64,000 nucleotides of DNA, taken from contig JBBRZN010000007.1 of the NCBI GenBank assembly GCA_038236705.1, positions 8,741 through 72,740 of the forward strand, in the 5' to 3' direction. The notes under the pieces were generated by a model. It was not told where the DNA came from, did not search any database, and saw only the letters and a list, made by a program, of their open reading frames with translations. Shown in pieces: positions 61,907-64,000 of the stretch (its first letter is position 1; every line of letters starts with the position of its first letter). The DNA is from Gaiellales bacterium (GTDB lineage Bacteria > Actinomycetota > Thermoleophilia > Gaiellales > Gaiellaceae). The translations under genes were made by a program, and so were the position numbers.

Positions 61907-62673
61907 TGCGAGCCGCCTCCTCGCAGCCCCATGAACCGGCCGCCGGCGACGAGCGCCGCCGCCGTGAAGACGGCCGCGGCAAGCGCCGGTGAGAGGAGCC
62001 AGGCGAGGTCAACGCTCCAGGCGTGGCCGTTGGTGACGATCTTGCCGACGTAATGCTCGCCCGCGGTCATCGGGTTGAGCCGGAGCAGGAGGTCGCCGGC
62101 CCAGCCCTGCTGCGCGCTCGAGGGCAGCTGCGTCGGGACGAAGAGCGCTAGCAGCACGAGCAGCGAGAGCGAAAGGCTGACCCGGTTCGACGAGGCGAAG
62201 ACACTGATCAGGACGCCGAACGAGGCGAGGAAGACGGCCAGCAGCGTCCCGACGAGGAGCCCGCTCAGGACCGCGTCACCGACCAGGCCGACGCCGCGCC
62301 CGAGGAACCACACGTACGGCACGGTGAGCACGAGCGCCGCCAGCCAGAGCGAGAGCGCGGCAAGCAGCTTTCCGAGCGTGATCTCGAACCGCGAGACGGG
62401 CGTCAGGAGCAGGCTCTCGAGCGTGCCGCGCTCGCGCTCTCCGCTGACCGCGTCGGCGCCGACCAGCAGGGCGAGCAGCGCGCCGACGGCGATCGCGACC
62501 TGCAGCGTGAGGTTCACCGACTCGCGCTGCTCGAGGAAGTTGAGCGCGTGATTGGTCGCAACGAGGTAGGCGATCACGCTCAGGAGCAAGCTGAAGGCGA
62601 AGCTCAGGACGAGCCCGCGGCCGCCGAGCCAGAGGTCGCGGAGCTCCTGGGCCGTGACGACCCTCCAGCCCAT
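61903..62673 (-). CDS. ABC-2 type transporter permease
   Basis: 256 aa, 6 TM segments, and GADAVSGERERGTLESLLLTPVSRFEITLGK, typical of ABC-2/NosY-like permeases. Confidence 0.8.
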   Translation of the reverse strand: MGWRVVTAQELRDLWLGGRGLVLSFAFSLLLSVIAYLVATNHALNFLEQRESVNLTLQVAIAVGALLALLVGADAVSGERERGTLESLLLTPVSRFEITLGKLLAALSLWLAALVLTVPYVWFLGRGVGLVGDAVLSGLLVGTLLAVFLASFGVLISVFASSNRVSLSLSLLVLLALFVPTQLPSSAQQGWAGDLLLRLNPMTAGEHYVGKIVTNGHAWSVDLAWLLSPALAAAVFTAAALVAGGRFMGLRGGGSQ

Positions 62674-63612
62674 CTAGGGACGCTCCGTCATGGCAAGGAA
62701 GGCGTCACTCAGGCGCGCGCCCTCGAGCTCATAGGACAGAACCGGAATGCCTCCGTCGAGGAGCGCGCGAAGGGCCGACTCGGCATGGCCTTCAGCCTGG
62801 GCGAGCGTTATGCGGAGAAGACCCGGCCGGCCGTCGGCAGCCGCCGTCTCCACCTCCGGCACCGCTCCGAGAGCCGCGATCGCCCGGTCGGCCTGCTCGG
62901 GTGAGACGCGCAGCCTGGCGCTGCGGGGCGCGGCGGCCTGGCGGGCGACCTCGGCGACGGTTCCCTGCGCCGCCACGCGGCCGCCGTTCAGGATCAGCAC
63001 ACGCGAGCAGGTCTCCTCGACGTCGGCCAGGAGGTGGGTGCAGAGCAGCACCGTCGCGCCGCGGTCGCCGGCGATCCGCCGCACCGTGCTCAGGATCTGC
63101 CGCTGCCCGGCCGGGTCGAGGCCGAGAGTCGGCTCGTCGAGGAAGACCACGCGAGGCTCGTTCACGAGCGCGCGGGCGATACCGAGGCGCTGGCGCATGC
63201 CGCGGCTGTAGGTGGAGATCAGGGAGCCCTTTCGCTCGCCGAGCCCCACTTCCCGGAGGAGCTCCCGGGCCGCGGCGCGGGCTCCGGAGCGGCTCCGGCC
63301 GTACAGCCGCGCGTGGTAACGCAGGTACTCCTCGCCGGTCTGCCGCTCCGGATAGCCGGCGCTCTCGGGCAGCACGCCGATCACCCGGCGTATCTCGGCG
63401 GGACGATCGTGCGACGATCCGGCGATCTCGAAGCTTCCTCGCGTCGGGGAGAGGATCGTGGTGAGCACCCGGATCGCTGTCGTCTTGCCGGCGCCGTTGG
63501 GGCCGAGCACCCCGAGGATCTCGCCGACCTCAGCCTCGAAGCTGAGATCGGCGAGGGCGACGAGGGAGCCGTAGCGCTTCTCGACTCCGCGGGCTTCGAT
63601 CGCTGCGCTCAC
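62674..63612 (-). CDS. ABC transporter ATP-binding protein
   Basis: Walker A GPNGAGKTT, signature YSRGMRQR and Walker B VVFLDEP. GTG at 63612 overlaps the upstream stop (GTGA). Confidence 0.9.
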   Translation of the reverse strand: MSAAIEARGVEKRYGSLVALADLSFEAEVGEILGVLGPNGAGKTTAIRVLTTILSPTRGSFEIAGSSHDRPAEIRRVIGVLPESAGYPERQTGEEYLRYHARLYGRSRSGARAAARELLREVGLGERKGSLISTYSRGMRQRLGIARALVNEPRVVFLDEPTLGLDPAGQRQILSTVRRIAGDRGATVLLCTHLLADVEETCSRVLILNGGRVAAQGTVAEVARQAAAPRSARLRVSPEQADRAIAALGAVPEVETAAADGRPGLLRITLAQAEGHAESALRALLDGGIPVLSYELEGARLSDAFLAMTERP

Positions 63613-64000
63613 GAGCCCCTTCGGAACGAGACGAGCTCGTTCCGTTCTTGGGGCCCCTTGGCCGTCTGCTCGAGCACGGTCCCGACGCCGCGAACGTAGT
63701 ACTTGTGGTCGATCACGCCCGGCTCGAGGGGTGTCCACTCCTTCGTCAGCAGCGCGCGAGTCGTCGAGATGTAGGGGACGCGCACAGAGGTGCGCAGGGT
63801 GAGGACCATGAAGTGATCCTCGGCCTGGCCTTTGTAGAACTCCTGCCGCGCCCAACGGCCGGGCTTCGGGTGGGCGAACATGAAGATCCCGGGCCTGGCG
63901 CCGTGGACGCCGGCCAGCCAGCTGCCCGCGGTGCTCTTGACCTTGCCGTTCGTGTCCAGCTCGGCGGTCTGCTCGCCGAAGTACCAGACGTTGCCCTTCG
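63609..64000 (-). CDS. hypothetical protein, C-terminal part (gene runs off right edge)
   Basis: The frame is open from 64000 to the stop at 63609 (..KGNVWYFGEQTAELDTNGKV..HPKPGRWARQEFYKGQAEDHFMVL..). It is translationally coupled to the ABC ATPase. Confidence 0.5.
   Translation of the reverse strand, partial: KGNVWYFGEQTAELDTNGKVKSTAGSWLAGVHGARPGIFMFAHPKPGRWARQEFYKGQAEDHFMVLTLRTSVRVPYISTTRALLTKEWTPLEPGVIDHKYYVRGVGTVLEQTAKGPQERNELVSFRRGS

Noticed and set aside
1-64000. CRISPR arrays, rRNA genes and additional tRNAs.
   Set aside because: No regularly spaced direct repeats, no rRNA-like conserved blocks, and no further cloverleaf candidates were noticed while reading intergenic regions. This was a manual scan only, so short or degenerate instances could have been missed.

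Overview
This is a high-GC window (roughly 70%) that is densely coding and looks Actinomycetota-like. That lineage call is an inference from codon style and gene families only. No rRNA genes or CRISPR arrays were seen, and there is one tRNA. Contents in order:

- **317-8124, minus strand:** a complete, translationally coupled hopanoid operon, hpnC-hpnD-hpnE-shc-hpnH-hpnG-ispH-yjbQ.
- **8.1-11.8 kb:** a truncated tadC-like fragment, a long coiled-coil gene broken by a frameshift, a PIG-V-like membrane glycosyltransferase and a CGNR zinc-finger gene.
- **11.9-18.9 kb:** an orphan ABC permease, an epimerase, a cyclophilin, an M43 metalloprotease, a methyltransferase and the first of three adenylate-cyclase/STAND-ATPase/TPR paralogues.
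- **18.85-20.08 kb:** an unusual gene-poor stretch of about 1.2 kb next to tRNA-Thr(CGU), with only a 21-codon hydrophobic mini-ORF.
- **20.6-22.5 kb:** a holin-family gene, then an IS5-family (IS427-like) insertion sequence with a TAA target duplication and an NTF2-like passenger gene.
- **22.5-29 kb:** holB and tmk, followed by cell-envelope genes (epimerase, LytR_C, methyltransferase, O-antigen-ligase/TPR).
- **29-41.6 kb:** the second cyclase-STAND gene behind an MMPL transporter, a Rieske gene divergent from soxR, an ECF sigma/anti-sigma pair, a MOSC gene and class II nrdJ.
- **41.6-46 kb:** a low-GC islet and a segmental duplication. The duplication comprises an S9 peptidase fragment and full copy, plus two unannotated 55-aa basic ORFs.
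- **46-64 kb:** an accessory stretch of small enzymes (NlpC/P60, DUF218, GT2, MBL-like, VOC x2, cytochrome c fusion, cupins, DUF1697, RidA, O-methyltransferase, DUF2277, DoxX, intradiol dioxygenase). It also holds the third cyclase-STAND gene, YciI, a TolB-like propeller, an SDR and an ABC-2 exporter operon.

Most interesting non-genic signal:

- a family of about 160-bp elements bounded by terminal inverted repeats, in three copies. Its central hairpin keeps pairing but changes sequence between copies, and the ends of two copies sit exactly on flanking stop codons.
- a 21-nt palindrome, ACGGTGTC-N-GACACCGT, present three times.

At least five genes carry apparent single-base frame disruptions. 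These are either assembly indels or real decay, so read-level checking is needed.
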